NCBI GenBank assembly: GCA_031423775.1
Contig: JANPGF010000011.1
Span: 31,502-95,501 of the forward strand
DNA from: Candidatus Kaiserbacteria bacterium
GTDB lineage: Bacteria > Patescibacteriota > Minisyncoccia > Phycocordibacterales > UBA918
DNA length: 64,000 bases
Reading direction: 5' to 3'
The notes under the pieces were generated by a model. The model saw only the letters and a list, made by a program, of their open reading frames with translations. It was not told the DNA's origin and did not search any database. Below, in pieces: positions 29,656-38,620 of the stretch (within the stretch, counting starts at the first letter, position 1; each line of letters starts with the position of its first letter). The position numbers and the translations under genes were made by a program.

Positions 29656-30798
29656 TTAGAGACTCTCTAATAATTTCATGACGGCTTCGTTTGTCATAAC
29701 TGATGCAACATACACCGTTACTCGATGACGGTCAGCGTCTTTATATTGTTCGAGGAGTTGGTTAACTTGTTCGTTCAGTTGTGTCTCGTCTGGCTTTACT
29801 TCCTCACGTTTAGCGATTTCATTCAGGATAAGCTGGAGACGTGCACGCTTCTCGGCAGCTGGAGTCCAATCCTTCTTCATATCGTCGATGGTCTTGTTGA
29901 TGTGTTTGAGATAATCCTCCATCTTTAAGTTAGCTCGTTCAAGGTCTTCATTCATTTGAGCAAACATCTGGTTGAGTTCAGTATCGATCAGGAGTTGCGG
30001 TAGGTCGATAGTAGAAGCCGCTATAATCGTGTCGGTAATCACTGCGCGGTGCTTTGCAACGCCGTCACGCTTTTTCTCAACCTCGAGATGTTCTCGGATT
30101 TTAGCTTTGAAGTCAGCAATATCCGTAAATTGTCCGGGCTGGCCCAGAGTTTTAACCAGTTCGTCAGTGAGTTCTGGTAGTGGTAGTTTGGCAAAATCTT
30201 CTTCAGTTTCAATTGGTGTAACTTCTTCAGTCTCTGGGGCGTCAATGCCTTCCTCGATATTTTTGGCTGCAGCTTTGTTCTGGAGACGTTCGTATGCCAT
30301 TTTTTGACGGAGGATATCGGTAATTTGCTTTTCAACCTCTGCGTCTGTGACGTCGAGTGATTCTTTTGATTTGTTGGTAGTTGCAGCGAGAGCTTTGTAG
30401 TCAGGTAGGGTAATAGTTGGCACCACGGTCACGGTTGCAGTAAATCCAAGCGGGTTTCCTTCAGCAATTTTTGTAATCGAAATCTGTGGGTAGCCAATTG
30501 CATCGATGTTGTGCTCTTCAAGAATGTGTGGGTACATGTGAGCAATCGCACGCTCAGCCATTTCAGCCAAAATAGTCATTTCACCAACGGTTTTTACAAT
30601 CATCGCTTCCGGAACGTGGCCGGGACGGAAACCGTCAATTTTGAGGTTACGACCGAGGTGAGCAATCGCTCCAGCTCGTTCCGCGGCAAGCTCAGAAAAC
30701 GGGATTTCACCGGCAATTTTAACTTGTGAACCGGGTTCTGGCGTGACGGTAAAAGCGCTTTTAAAATCAATATCGTGATGATGATGTGAATGTGACAT
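29656..30798 (-). CDS. tig: Trigger factor (appears to lack the FKBP domain), His-rich N-terminus
   Basis: IDGFRPGHVP ribosome-binding motif; LPDYK; C-terminal domain. Confidence 0.9.
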   Translation of the reverse strand: MSHSHHHHDIDFKSAFTVTPEPGSQVKIAGEIPFSELAAERAGAIAHLGRNLKIDGFRPGHVPEAMIVKTVGEMTILAEMAERAIAHMYPHILEEHNIDAIGYPQISITKIAEGNPLGFTATVTVVPTITLPDYKALAATTNKSKESLDVTDAEVEKQITDILRQKMAYERLQNKAAAKNIEEGIDAPETEEVTPIETEEDFAKLPLPELTDELVKTLGQPGQFTDIADFKAKIREHLEVEKKRDGVAKHRAVITDTIIAASTIDLPQLLIDTELNQMFAQMNEDLERANLKMEDYLKHINKTIDDMKKDWTPAAEKRARLQLILNEIAKREEVKPDETQLNEQVNQLLEQYKDADRHRVTVYVASVMTNEAVMKLLESL

Positions 30799-30892
30799 AG
30801 TACCGGCTAGTGTACTGATAAGTGGCTAAAATGCAAGGTGAAAGTGAGGAAGCAGTTCAGTTTAATAGTTGCATGGTTGCATAGTGTAACGT

Positions 30893-30987
30893 CTGTCTTT
30901 ACGAGGAATGGAGCGAAGCGGAGTGGTATGGCAATCTAGAGTCGTACCGAACAGTCCTTGGATTGCTTCATGTGTTGCAATGACGGT
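30893..30987. repeat. REP-like palindrome
   Basis: GTCTTTACGAG..GAGCGAAGCG..GGCAATCT..GGATTGCT..TTGCAATGAC. Confidence 0.55.
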
Positions 30988-31153
30988 TATGTCAGCATTT
31001 CTATAGACAGTAGGTGTGCGGGCATTGGAGGGGGAAGGGAAAGTAAAAACCCGACACGCGTGCGTGTCGGGGGGATTTTTGGATTCTATGCCAGTAGATC
31101 TGTGTGGCGCTTGGGTGAGGGATGGCTATTGCCCCATCATTGGCGTAATAGAC

Positions 31154-31180
31154 TCAGTGGCCGTGACCATGTCCGTGCAT
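31154..31180 (-). CDS. 8-aa peptide MHGHGHGH
   Basis: SD AGGGAG; ATG CAC GGA CAT GGT CAC GGC CAC TGA; own promoter and terminator. Confidence 0.45.
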   Translation of the reverse strand: MHGHGHGH

Positions 31181-31337
31181 GTTTTTCTCCCTGAAGAACA
31201 ACGACACAACGTGTCGACCTCTATCAACTGGTTTCGGTCACCAGTAGAGATTTAATTAGGATAGGTGATTTAGAGGTGTTTTGCAAGCGGGTTGATGTCA
31301 AAACCACCAAATCGAACGACTGGTGGTTTCTGGTAGT

Positions 31338-31760
31338 TTATGGTTTGGCTGGAATTGCGGCGTTTAGTTCGGACTCGATGGCGGGTATTTCAGAATCCAG
31401 TTCTTCGAGGTGAGTACTGTCTACGTCGGCTTTGATAGCCGGGAGTTCGTCCGAGGTGCTCACTACGTCCATAGTTTGAGTGCGCGCTTTGGCTGTTGCG
31501 CTCTCCGGTTCATGGTTTTCAGCGTCAGTCGGTCGTGTTGCAGGAACTTCGGTCAGAGCGGCTTCTTTGGCTACTAACGTGTACCAGAAGTAGAATCCTC
31601 CGAGGATTGCAGCGAGTATAAGAACGAGCAATATAATAATTGGAAGAGAGAGGATCGTGCCTGACGACTGTACCGCTGCTACGCGGTGCGTAGTTGTGGT
31701 TGGCAGTTTCATTTCTTCTCCATCAAAATTTGGCTCAATAACGGGTTGATTCTTTTCCAT
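31338..31760 (-). CDS. Single-TM hypothetical protein
   Basis: Hydrophobic helix then acidic domain. Confidence 0.7.
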   Translation of the reverse strand: MEKNQPVIEPNFDGEEMKLPTTTTHRVAAVQSSGTILSLPIIILLVLILAAILGGFYFWYTLVAKEAALTEVPATRPTDAENHEPESATAKARTQTMDVVSTSDELPAIKADVDSTHLEELDSEIPAIESELNAAIPAKP

Positions 31761-31771
31761 AGATAGTCACA

Positions 31772-32374
31772 TTATAACTTAGGGGAGGTACTTGCTGTGG
31801 TGCTGCTTGTGGTTGCAGGCGTGGCTTGTTGTGGGTTACTGGCGGCAGCAACAGTTGCAACTACTGCATCATAGGCGCTTCGAATAGCGGTGTTGATATC
31901 AGTATAGGTGACTTTGAGACTGGACCAGCTTTCACGTGGTGTGGCTGAGCCGATAAAGTTGATTACCGCCTTATCGATAGTACTGAGACTACTACTTGCT
32001 TTTGCAAGACTAATTTTGGCCTCATTTAAATGAATACGTGCTTCGTGTACGTCACTTCCGCCGGTTTCCATAATGTTTAATCGTGAGTCGAGTCGTTTAA
32101 TGACATTTTCAATTCGTCGAACAGCCGCATCTTGTTTGTTGCTAATTAACCCGGCGAGGTTATTGATACGGCTTTGGGCGTCTGCTGATAAGGCTGCTTC
32201 ACTCACTTTTGGCGCTGGCGCTGGTGTTGTTGGTGCCGTAGTAGTAGCTGGTGTGCTGCTAGCACTTTTGGTGGTTGTACTTGTTGCGGTTGTAGTACTG
32301 GCTGCAAACGCTAGTGTAGGCAGGAGTATAACAAGTGCAATGACAAATTGTACGGTGTAACGTATCGTAAACAT
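31772..32374 (-). CDS. Secreted helical protein with Thr-rich linkers
   Basis: Signal peptide ending AFA; coiled coil. Confidence 0.7.
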   Translation of the reverse strand: MFTIRYTVQFVIALVILLPTLAFAASTTTATSTTTKSASSTPATTTAPTTPAPAPKVSEAALSADAQSRINNLAGLISNKQDAAVRRIENVIKRLDSRLNIMETGGSDVHEARIHLNEAKISLAKASSSLSTIDKAVINFIGSATPRESWSSLKVTYTDINTAIRSAYDAVVATVAAASNPQQATPATTSSTTASTSPKL

Positions 32375-32484
32375 ATGTGCGTAGTATATCATCCCTCTCG
32401 CGCGCACGTGCGATTTTTGCCTGTGAGCAAAACAAAACCTTGTACAGAAATGTGTACAAGGTTTTGAAGAGTGCTGGTGTAACT

Positions 32485-33405
32485 CTATAGTTTAAGCGCC
32501 GGCAAGATTTGCTTTTTTCGTGAAAGAATACCGGGGAGTATTTCAGTGTCACTCGTCACGGTGACTCCAAACGAACTCTGGATAATCTGTTTTGCGAGAT
32601 CACTGTACGTGAGGACTGTGGCCTCTTCCCGGAAGATGTCGACAATGAAAAAGAGTACATCATCCACATCATTTTCGTTTGTAACGCATTCTTTAATTGC
32701 TGTAATGATACCGTCTTTACGAGCGAGAACGGTTTCTGGTGTAGTGGTTTCAAGTACTGATACCCGGAAATTCTTGCCACCTACTTCGTACTTTTTACTA
32801 TCGAGGGTAATCAGTCCTGTATCGCTGAACATGCTAACGTCAGATTTGGCCGCAAACATTTCATTAGCGTATGCCATAAGGTCGATTTCGAGCACGTTTG
32901 CTAATCTTTCAGCAACGTCCTTGTCGTGAGGGGTAGTGGTTGGTGAACGAAAAGCGAGCGTGTCTGAGAGAATGCAAGAGAGCATTATTCCAGCAATGTG
33001 GCGAGGCAGTGTTGCTGCATCAAGGTTCGTGAGGTCGTGCATTACTGTGGCGGTGCAAGCGAGGGGTCGAATAGTGATATTGGCTGGCAATTCAGTTGCG
33101 ATACCACCTACTAATTTGTGGTGATCAATCAGTTGGATGAGTGAAAGTTCACTCATAGTTGCCGGTAATTCCTGTGGATTGTTGGTGTCGACCACTATTA
33201 CTTCTGTACCAGTGGGCAAGGTTGGGAGCAGTTCCGGTGTCGGTACACTAAAATAGTTGAGGACAAACCGGGTTTCGGTATTTAGTTCCCCTAGAACATA
33301 CGGTGTGGCTTCTTGTCCGGTGTGTTCGTTTAAATACCACGCCCAAATAATGGCTGAGCCGGTTGCATCCGTGTCCGGTGAGAGGTGTCCAAATACGTAA
33401 ATCAT
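32485..33405 (-). CDS. ppaC: Mn-dependent inorganic pyrophosphatase (DHH)
   Basis: FGH..PDTD, IDHH, SDTL..SPTTT, SRKKQ. Confidence 0.95.
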   Translation of the reverse strand: MIYVFGHLSPDTDATGSAIIWAWYLNEHTGQEATPYVLGELNTETRFVLNYFSVPTPELLPTLPTGTEVIVVDTNNPQELPATMSELSLIQLIDHHKLVGGIATELPANITIRPLACTATVMHDLTNLDAATLPRHIAGIMLSCILSDTLAFRSPTTTPHDKDVAERLANVLEIDLMAYANEMFAAKSDVSMFSDTGLITLDSKKYEVGGKNFRVSVLETTTPETVLARKDGIITAIKECVTNENDVDDVLFFIVDIFREEATVLTYSDLAKQIIQSSFGVTVTSDTEILPGILSRKKQILPALKL

Positions 33406-33494
33406 AGAAATGTTAATTACCTAATTACTGTTCGTGTAGTGTAGAGTATGTGTCTCTAGGGTGCAAGTAGAATTTTAACTACACTCCCTACCCA

Positions 33495-33567
33495 TGTCTA
33501 ATGGTTCAATCGATTGAACCATTAGACAGCAAAACGGTCTGCGCGTGGGCGCAGACCGTTTTGCTTT
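33495..33567. terminator. Perfect palindrome plus GC hairpin after nusA
   Basis: TGTCTAATGGTTCAATCGATTGAACCATTAGACA; GCAAAACGGTCTGCGC..GCGCAGACCGTTTTGC. Confidence 0.6.
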
Positions 33568-33578
33568 TGAGTGTATGT

Positions 33579-34982
33579 TTACGCTTTGACTTCAGTTCCT
33601 TCTTCGTCTGAACTTTCAGCTTCTTCGTTTACGAGGGCTTCCGCCTCTTCGGGGGTCTCTACATCTTCAAGTGCTTCGTCTTCAGTAGTGACGTCACGAT
33701 CACCGGTTGTCTCGTCCTCCACTTCTTCGGTTGCAGCGAGAGTGGCTGAATCTTCCTCTACTAGCTCATCGACAACTGTTTTGGCTGGCTTGGTTGTTAC
33801 TGTTTCTGCGTCCCCTTCGGCGAGAGCTTCACCAGTTTGTGCTGACACAATATCGATTTTCCAACCGGTCAGTTTTGCTGCGAGACGAACGTTCTGTCCG
33901 CCGCGTCCAATTGCGAGTGACTGCTGATCGGCAGCTACTTCAGCTATGGCGTGACCACGCTCTCCTGTCTCATCGTTTGGTTCACTAACGATTTTCACGT
34001 TCAGCACTTGGGCTGGCGAGAGAGCGTCTTCAATAAACTCAGCTGGAGTTGGTGACCATTCAATAATGTCAATTTTCTCACCACCAAGTTCACTCATCAC
34101 TGTTGAAACACGTACACCACGCTGTCCAACCATTGAACCAACGGGGTCAATGTGGGTATCATTAGCATAGACGGCAATCTTTGAGCGAGCGCCAGCTTCA
34201 CGGGCAACTGCCTTTACTTCAACTGCTCCAGTTTGTAGTTCCGGTGTTTCGATAGCAAAAAGTCCAGAAAGGAAATCAGCATGTGATCGAGACAGTTTGA
34301 GAAAAATTCCTCGCGGTGTCTCTTCTACTGCGAGCAGGATAGCGCGAATTCGTTCACCCGGTTTGTAGCGTTCACCAGGCATTTGTTCGTCATACGGCAT
34401 AATAGCGGTCATTCGACCGAGGTCAACGTAGAGGTTCCCGCGTTCGAAACGCTGTACCTGGCCAACAACAATATCACCAGCCTTCTGACTAAATTCTGCC
34501 AAGGCTGATTCTTTTTCAGCTTCACGAATCTTCTGTACGATCACTTGCTTGGCAGTTTGGGCGGCGATACGACCAAAATCTGCTTTTGATTCGAGGGGGA
34601 AGATGAGCTGTTCACCGAGCGTAGCGCCTTTTTTAATCATCTGCGCGGTTGAAAGCATGATGTGCTTCTCTTCATCAAAGCGTACTTTTTTGATACCTTC
34701 AGCATCCGGCATTACATCTTCTTCGTCGAGAATGTCTTCTTCACCTTCGGCTGGCTCGGGACGGAGCATGCTCTCGTCCACGACAATTTTCACTTGATTA
34801 AATATTACATCGCCCGTCGCAAGGTCAAAGTGGGCGGTGATAATTTGTCCGCGTTTACCAAATTCTTTTTTGTAGGCAGTCGCGAGAGACTGTTCGATAG
34901 CGTCAATCATCTTCTCTCGTTTAATGCCGCGTTCCTCTTCCATTTCGGTGAGAACCGCATGGATTACTTTTAGGTCAAACAT
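33579..34982 (-). CDS. nusA: Transcription factor NusA with acidic tail
   Basis: FGRIAAQTAKQ, AREAGARSKIAV, AIGRGGQNVRLA. Confidence 0.97.
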   Translation of the reverse strand: MFDLKVIHAVLTEMEEERGIKREKMIDAIEQSLATAYKKEFGKRGQIITAHFDLATGDVIFNQVKIVVDESMLRPEPAEGEEDILDEEDVMPDAEGIKKVRFDEEKHIMLSTAQMIKKGATLGEQLIFPLESKADFGRIAAQTAKQVIVQKIREAEKESALAEFSQKAGDIVVGQVQRFERGNLYVDLGRMTAIMPYDEQMPGERYKPGERIRAILLAVEETPRGIFLKLSRSHADFLSGLFAIETPELQTGAVEVKAVAREAGARSKIAVYANDTHIDPVGSMVGQRGVRVSTVMSELGGEKIDIIEWSPTPAEFIEDALSPAQVLNVKIVSEPNDETGERGHAIAEVAADQQSLAIGRGGQNVRLAAKLTGWKIDIVSAQTGEALAEGDAETVTTKPAKTVVDELVEEDSATLAATEEVEDETTGDRDVTTEDEALEDVETPEEAEALVNEEAESSDEEGTEVKA

Positions 34983-35269
34983 ATATATGTAGGTTGGGTA
35001 TTCCCGTTAGTTGTAAATCTTTTTAAATAGTCCTTCTCACGCCTCGTTTTTTGGACAAAGAACGCGCGGGCAAGCGCCCGCGCGGAAGTCATAAGTACTA
35101 TAGCGAGGATCGGATGAGTTGTCAAAACCGAATTAACCCTGATGAGGAATTACCTGATAGAAGTAAAAAGACTATATTTTTGAGTCAGCTAGTCAAAATA
35201 TATTGACATTCATGAAAAAAAGTGTATAATAAAGCCAGTTAATTCTGTGTCAATAGGGGGCTAAAAAAG

Positions 35270-35512
35270 ATGCAGTCGTTCCAAGAGGGTGAAGGATATC
35301 GTGCTGAGGCTGCGGTCAAGTGTGCAGGTGGCCGAATCGTTGTATCGAGTTTTGTTGCTGGTTTGAAGGCGTCATCTGGTCGTCCACCGGTGCCACTTTC
35401 GAGTGATGCGGCACTCGACTGGGCGATTCGTTTCGCTGAGCATGGCTACAACCAGGCAGCGGAGGAGATTTTTGACAAGCTCTGCGCCGGTCTGACGGTA
35501 TACCGGTACTAA
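35270..35512 (+). CDS. Hypothetical 80-aa protein
   Basis: Near-consensus promoter TTGACA-N17-TATAAT; SD AGGGGG. Confidence 0.55.
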   Translation: MQSFQEGEGYRAEAAVKCAGGRIVVSSFVAGLKASSGRPPVPLSSDAALDWAIRFAEHGYNQAAEEIFDKLCAGLTVYRY

Positions 35513-35589
35513 ATTCCGCGGTATAATGGGTTTCTGGCAGGTCCCACCAAAATCTGCCAGCCAACGTCTCAGTAGAAAGGAGACATAAT

Positions 35590-35766
35590 ATGCGTCCCGT
35601 GCCGAAAAAAACTCATAAACCGAACCCGATCGCTAAAGCGGTCCGGACCCCGAAATTCCGCTCGCGGACGGAGGTCGATCGGACCAAATACGATCGTAAT
35701 GCTGCAAAGCGCCAACTCTCCAAAGAGTCTGGCGCTTTTTCTCTGCTCCGCACAGAAATACTATGA
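35590..35766 (+). CDS. ArfA-like basic small protein (58 aa), not in the ORF track
   Basis: SD AAAGGAG; MRPVPKKTHKPNPIAKAVRTPKFRSRTEVDRTKYDR...; hairpin plus T-run inside the ORF. Confidence 0.6.
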   Translation: MRPVPKKTHKPNPIAKAVRTPKFRSRTEVDRTKYDRNAAKRQLSKESGAFSLLRTEIL

Positions 35767-36027
35767 TAAATATTGACTTTTTAATAAAATATGCTATTAT
35801 ATTCACGTATATTTCGTTCGTTTACAAGGCGAAAATATGAATTTTATTCAGTTCAGCAGATTCTGGTGGACTGAAGAAGTTCGTTGACAGACTAATAACA
35901 AAAGTAGTGGGTATACCCACTCGATTCATCGGCTGCCAGTTGTGAAACTTGGTGGCTTTATTCCAAACGTCCGTGCTTATTGCAGGACAGAAAAAGGGAG
36001 CTGGGGTTAATCACCCCGGTGTCATCA

Positions 36028-38367
36028 ATGTTTCAGAGACTCTTTGACACACTGTCAGCTCTGCCGGTTCACGGCATTGCTTCACAGGTAACGACTCGTG
36101 TCCTAGCGGGCACGGTGTCTGTGGTCGCTTCGGCGACGGGTAGTGGTAAAACACTGCTGTTGCCGGCGAGCTTGGCCATGCAGACCGGAAAGGTCGTGTA
36201 TGTCCTTGTTCCTCGTCGGTTCTTGGCGGTGAATGCTGCCGAAACGGTGGCAGAACTGTCAGGTTTGAAGGTGGGGCAGGAAGTGGGCTTTGCGATTGGT
36301 GCTCAGTCGGGCGAAGATTCGCAACGTTCCATGAATACCCGGGTGCTCTACTGCACCTACGGCTATGCGCTCGCAAGCGGTATCATCAACACTGCAGAAA
36401 ATTTCGTGTTTGATGAAATCCACGAAGCATCGCTCGACATGTCTATCTGTCGGGCCTTAGTCTATCGCCGAATTGCAAATGGCGAGCGGGTCAATGTGCT
36501 CGAGATGAGCGCAACGATTGATGCCGAGCGTCAGGCTGCCTATTGGCGGCCGGTGGCAAAAGTCAACGTGACGGAAATCGATGGCCGCACCTTCTCGTGT
36601 GAACGTCGGCATCGTCCGGCAGAGAGGCCAGAAGAGGCGGTGCTCGACTTGATCGCTGAAGGACGGACGGGTATTCTCGTTTTCCGTCCTGGTCGTGGTG
36701 AGGTTGAACATACAGCAGAGGCAATTCGGTCGCTCGTAGGAGAGGATGTTGAGGTCGCCGAAATCTATGGTGAACTCGACTATATCTCACGTAAAGCGGC
36801 CGTTGCTGCACCGAAAGGTGTGGTGAAGGTGCTCGTTGGTACCAACGTTGTTGAATCGGGTGCAAATATCACCTGGCTCGACGCGGGTGTGTCCTGCGGT
36901 AAAGCCAAAGAGCTGTCTGTGCGTCCGGAAACGGGCGCAACGTATCTCGCGCAGATTGATTTGCCACGGTGGCGGCTCGATCAGCAAGAGGGGCGCGTAA
37001 AGCGTTTCCGGAAAGGAATTTTTGTGCTCTGTTCGCCGCTGTCGTATGAAAAGCGGCCAGCCGAAACTACCCCGGAAATCAGGCGTCTGTCGCTCACCGA
37101 ACTCGTCATGCACTGCGCCTCGTTTGGCATTCGGGCTGAAGAGTTGGTCTTTGACTACTCGCCAGACCGTATGCGTATTCTAGAAGCAGAGACGAAATTA
37201 CAACGACTGGGTCTGGTTGACGCGGACTGCAGGCTAACAGAAGCTGGTAAGTTTGTGTCAGGCATACCCGTCGGGCCGGAAACGGGGGCAATGTTGTGGC
37301 ACGCCAAGCACATCGGTGTGCTGGATGCCGCCCTACCCTTGGCGGCAGTAATCGAGGTTGATGGGGTGCGGAAAGACTCTCGCGATTCCCATCATATAAA
37401 TGGTGTTTCGGATTGGCTCGATAGCTGCAAGGCTTTTGAGACGGTCTACAATGAACACAACAAATACGAACGAAAGGAGTTGATGAGACAATATAACGTC
37501 GGCTACAAACGATTTGAAGCCGCTAAAGACTTGTTGCATGACCTGATGCGTCGCTTTAGTGGCAGTGCTCAAATCATGCTCGAGGCGACGGACGATCATT
37601 TGAAGCAATGCCTGGTGGCAGGATTCATCACGAACCTGTTCCTAGGCACCCGTTTCCTCAGGCCCCTTTCGGGTGATCAGTATCTGGAATACAGTCCAGG
37701 TAATGGTTCGAGCGTACTGTTACATAGTGGATTTGCCCTCGGTCAGCTGCGCACTATTACGCCAAAGGATACACTCAAGCGTCCGTTTACGATTGTCGAA
37801 AAACTGACCGACGTGTCACTCTTCGACATTCTAGAGCTGGTCAAAGTTCGGCCGACTCTCGTTGAAACAACGGAACAGCGTGATGAAATCGGCCGATTCC
37901 GCTACGAAACCACTACCCGCCGGAAACTCTTCGGCGTGTATGAATTACCGGTCGAGCGGAGCGAAAGCCCGCTTACGCCCGAAGAAGCAGCCGAAAAGGA
38001 GGTGTATGAACGGACTAAAGATGAGTTTCGTCGTCGTCTGTACCTGTTGAATGACAAGCGTGAAGCACTGAGTATGTCCTCGGTTCGATTCGAGGATGAG
38101 TATTTCCGACTAGGATATATCGGCCGTGCCTACACCTATACGGAAACTGATGTGCTCCAGGCCGAACGTGACAGTGCGCAAGTAATCGAAGACGTGCGTG
38201 CCCGCCAAGCGTTGGATAAAAGACGGGAAGAACGTACTCTCAGCGATATTCTCGAGCGTGCGCTGCGAGAAAAACAACGGCCGGTAGTTTCTCCGGTACC
38301 ACCTCCTCCAGAGCCAATTGATCTCGCAGCAGGGATCGAGGCATTGAGGAAGCGATTTGGTCGCTAA
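36028..38367 (+). CDS. DEAH/RHA-like (HrpA-related) helicase
   Basis: ATGSGKT, DEIH, MSAT, TNVVESG, QQEGRVKR. Confidence 0.85.
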   Translation: MFQRLFDTLSALPVHGIASQVTTRVLAGTVSVVASATGSGKTLLLPASLAMQTGKVVYVLVPRRFLAVNAAETVAELSGLKVGQEVGFAIGAQSGEDSQRSMNTRVLYCTYGYALASGIINTAENFVFDEIHEASLDMSICRALVYRRIANGERVNVLEMSATIDAERQAAYWRPVAKVNVTEIDGRTFSCERRHRPAERPEEAVLDLIAEGRTGILVFRPGRGEVEHTAEAIRSLVGEDVEVAEIYGELDYISRKAAVAAPKGVVKVLVGTNVVESGANITWLDAGVSCGKAKELSVRPETGATYLAQIDLPRWRLDQQEGRVKRFRKGIFVLCSPLSYEKRPAETTPEIRRLSLTELVMHCASFGIRAEELVFDYSPDRMRILEAETKLQRLGLVDADCRLTEAGKFVSGIPVGPETGAMLWHAKHIGVLDAALPLAAVIEVDGVRKDSRDSHHINGVSDWLDSCKAFETVYNEHNKYERKELMRQYNVGYKRFEAAKDLLHDLMRRFSGSAQIMLEATDDHLKQCLVAGFITNLFLGTRFLRPLSGDQYLEYSPGNGSSVLLHSGFALGQLRTITPKDTLKRPFTIVEKLTDVSLFDILELVKVRPTLVETTEQRDEIGRFRYETTTRRKLFGVYELPVERSESPLTPEEAAEKEVYERTKDEFRRRLYLLNDKREALSMSSVRFEDEYFRLGYIGRAYTYTETDVLQAERDSAQVIEDVRARQALDKRREERTLSDILERALREKQRPVVSPVPPPPEPIDLAAGIEALRKRFGR

Positions 38368-38620
38368 GACAAAATACCTCGGGCAAAGTAACCATTTTTG
38401 CCCGAGCAAATCCTGCCTAGTGCAGGTATGGTGAAGATGGGTGACTACCATACTATAAAATGTCACCCTCACTTCAGAGGAGAGAGTTCTCGGATACATC
38501 CGCCGGGCACTGTCTCTTGTGAAGTGTTTTTATTTTTTATATTTGCAAACAGTTGTGTATAAAGTATGTGCTGAATGTTTGCTATACTGAGTGAGAGGTA
38601 GCTCTTAATGCTTTTTTACA

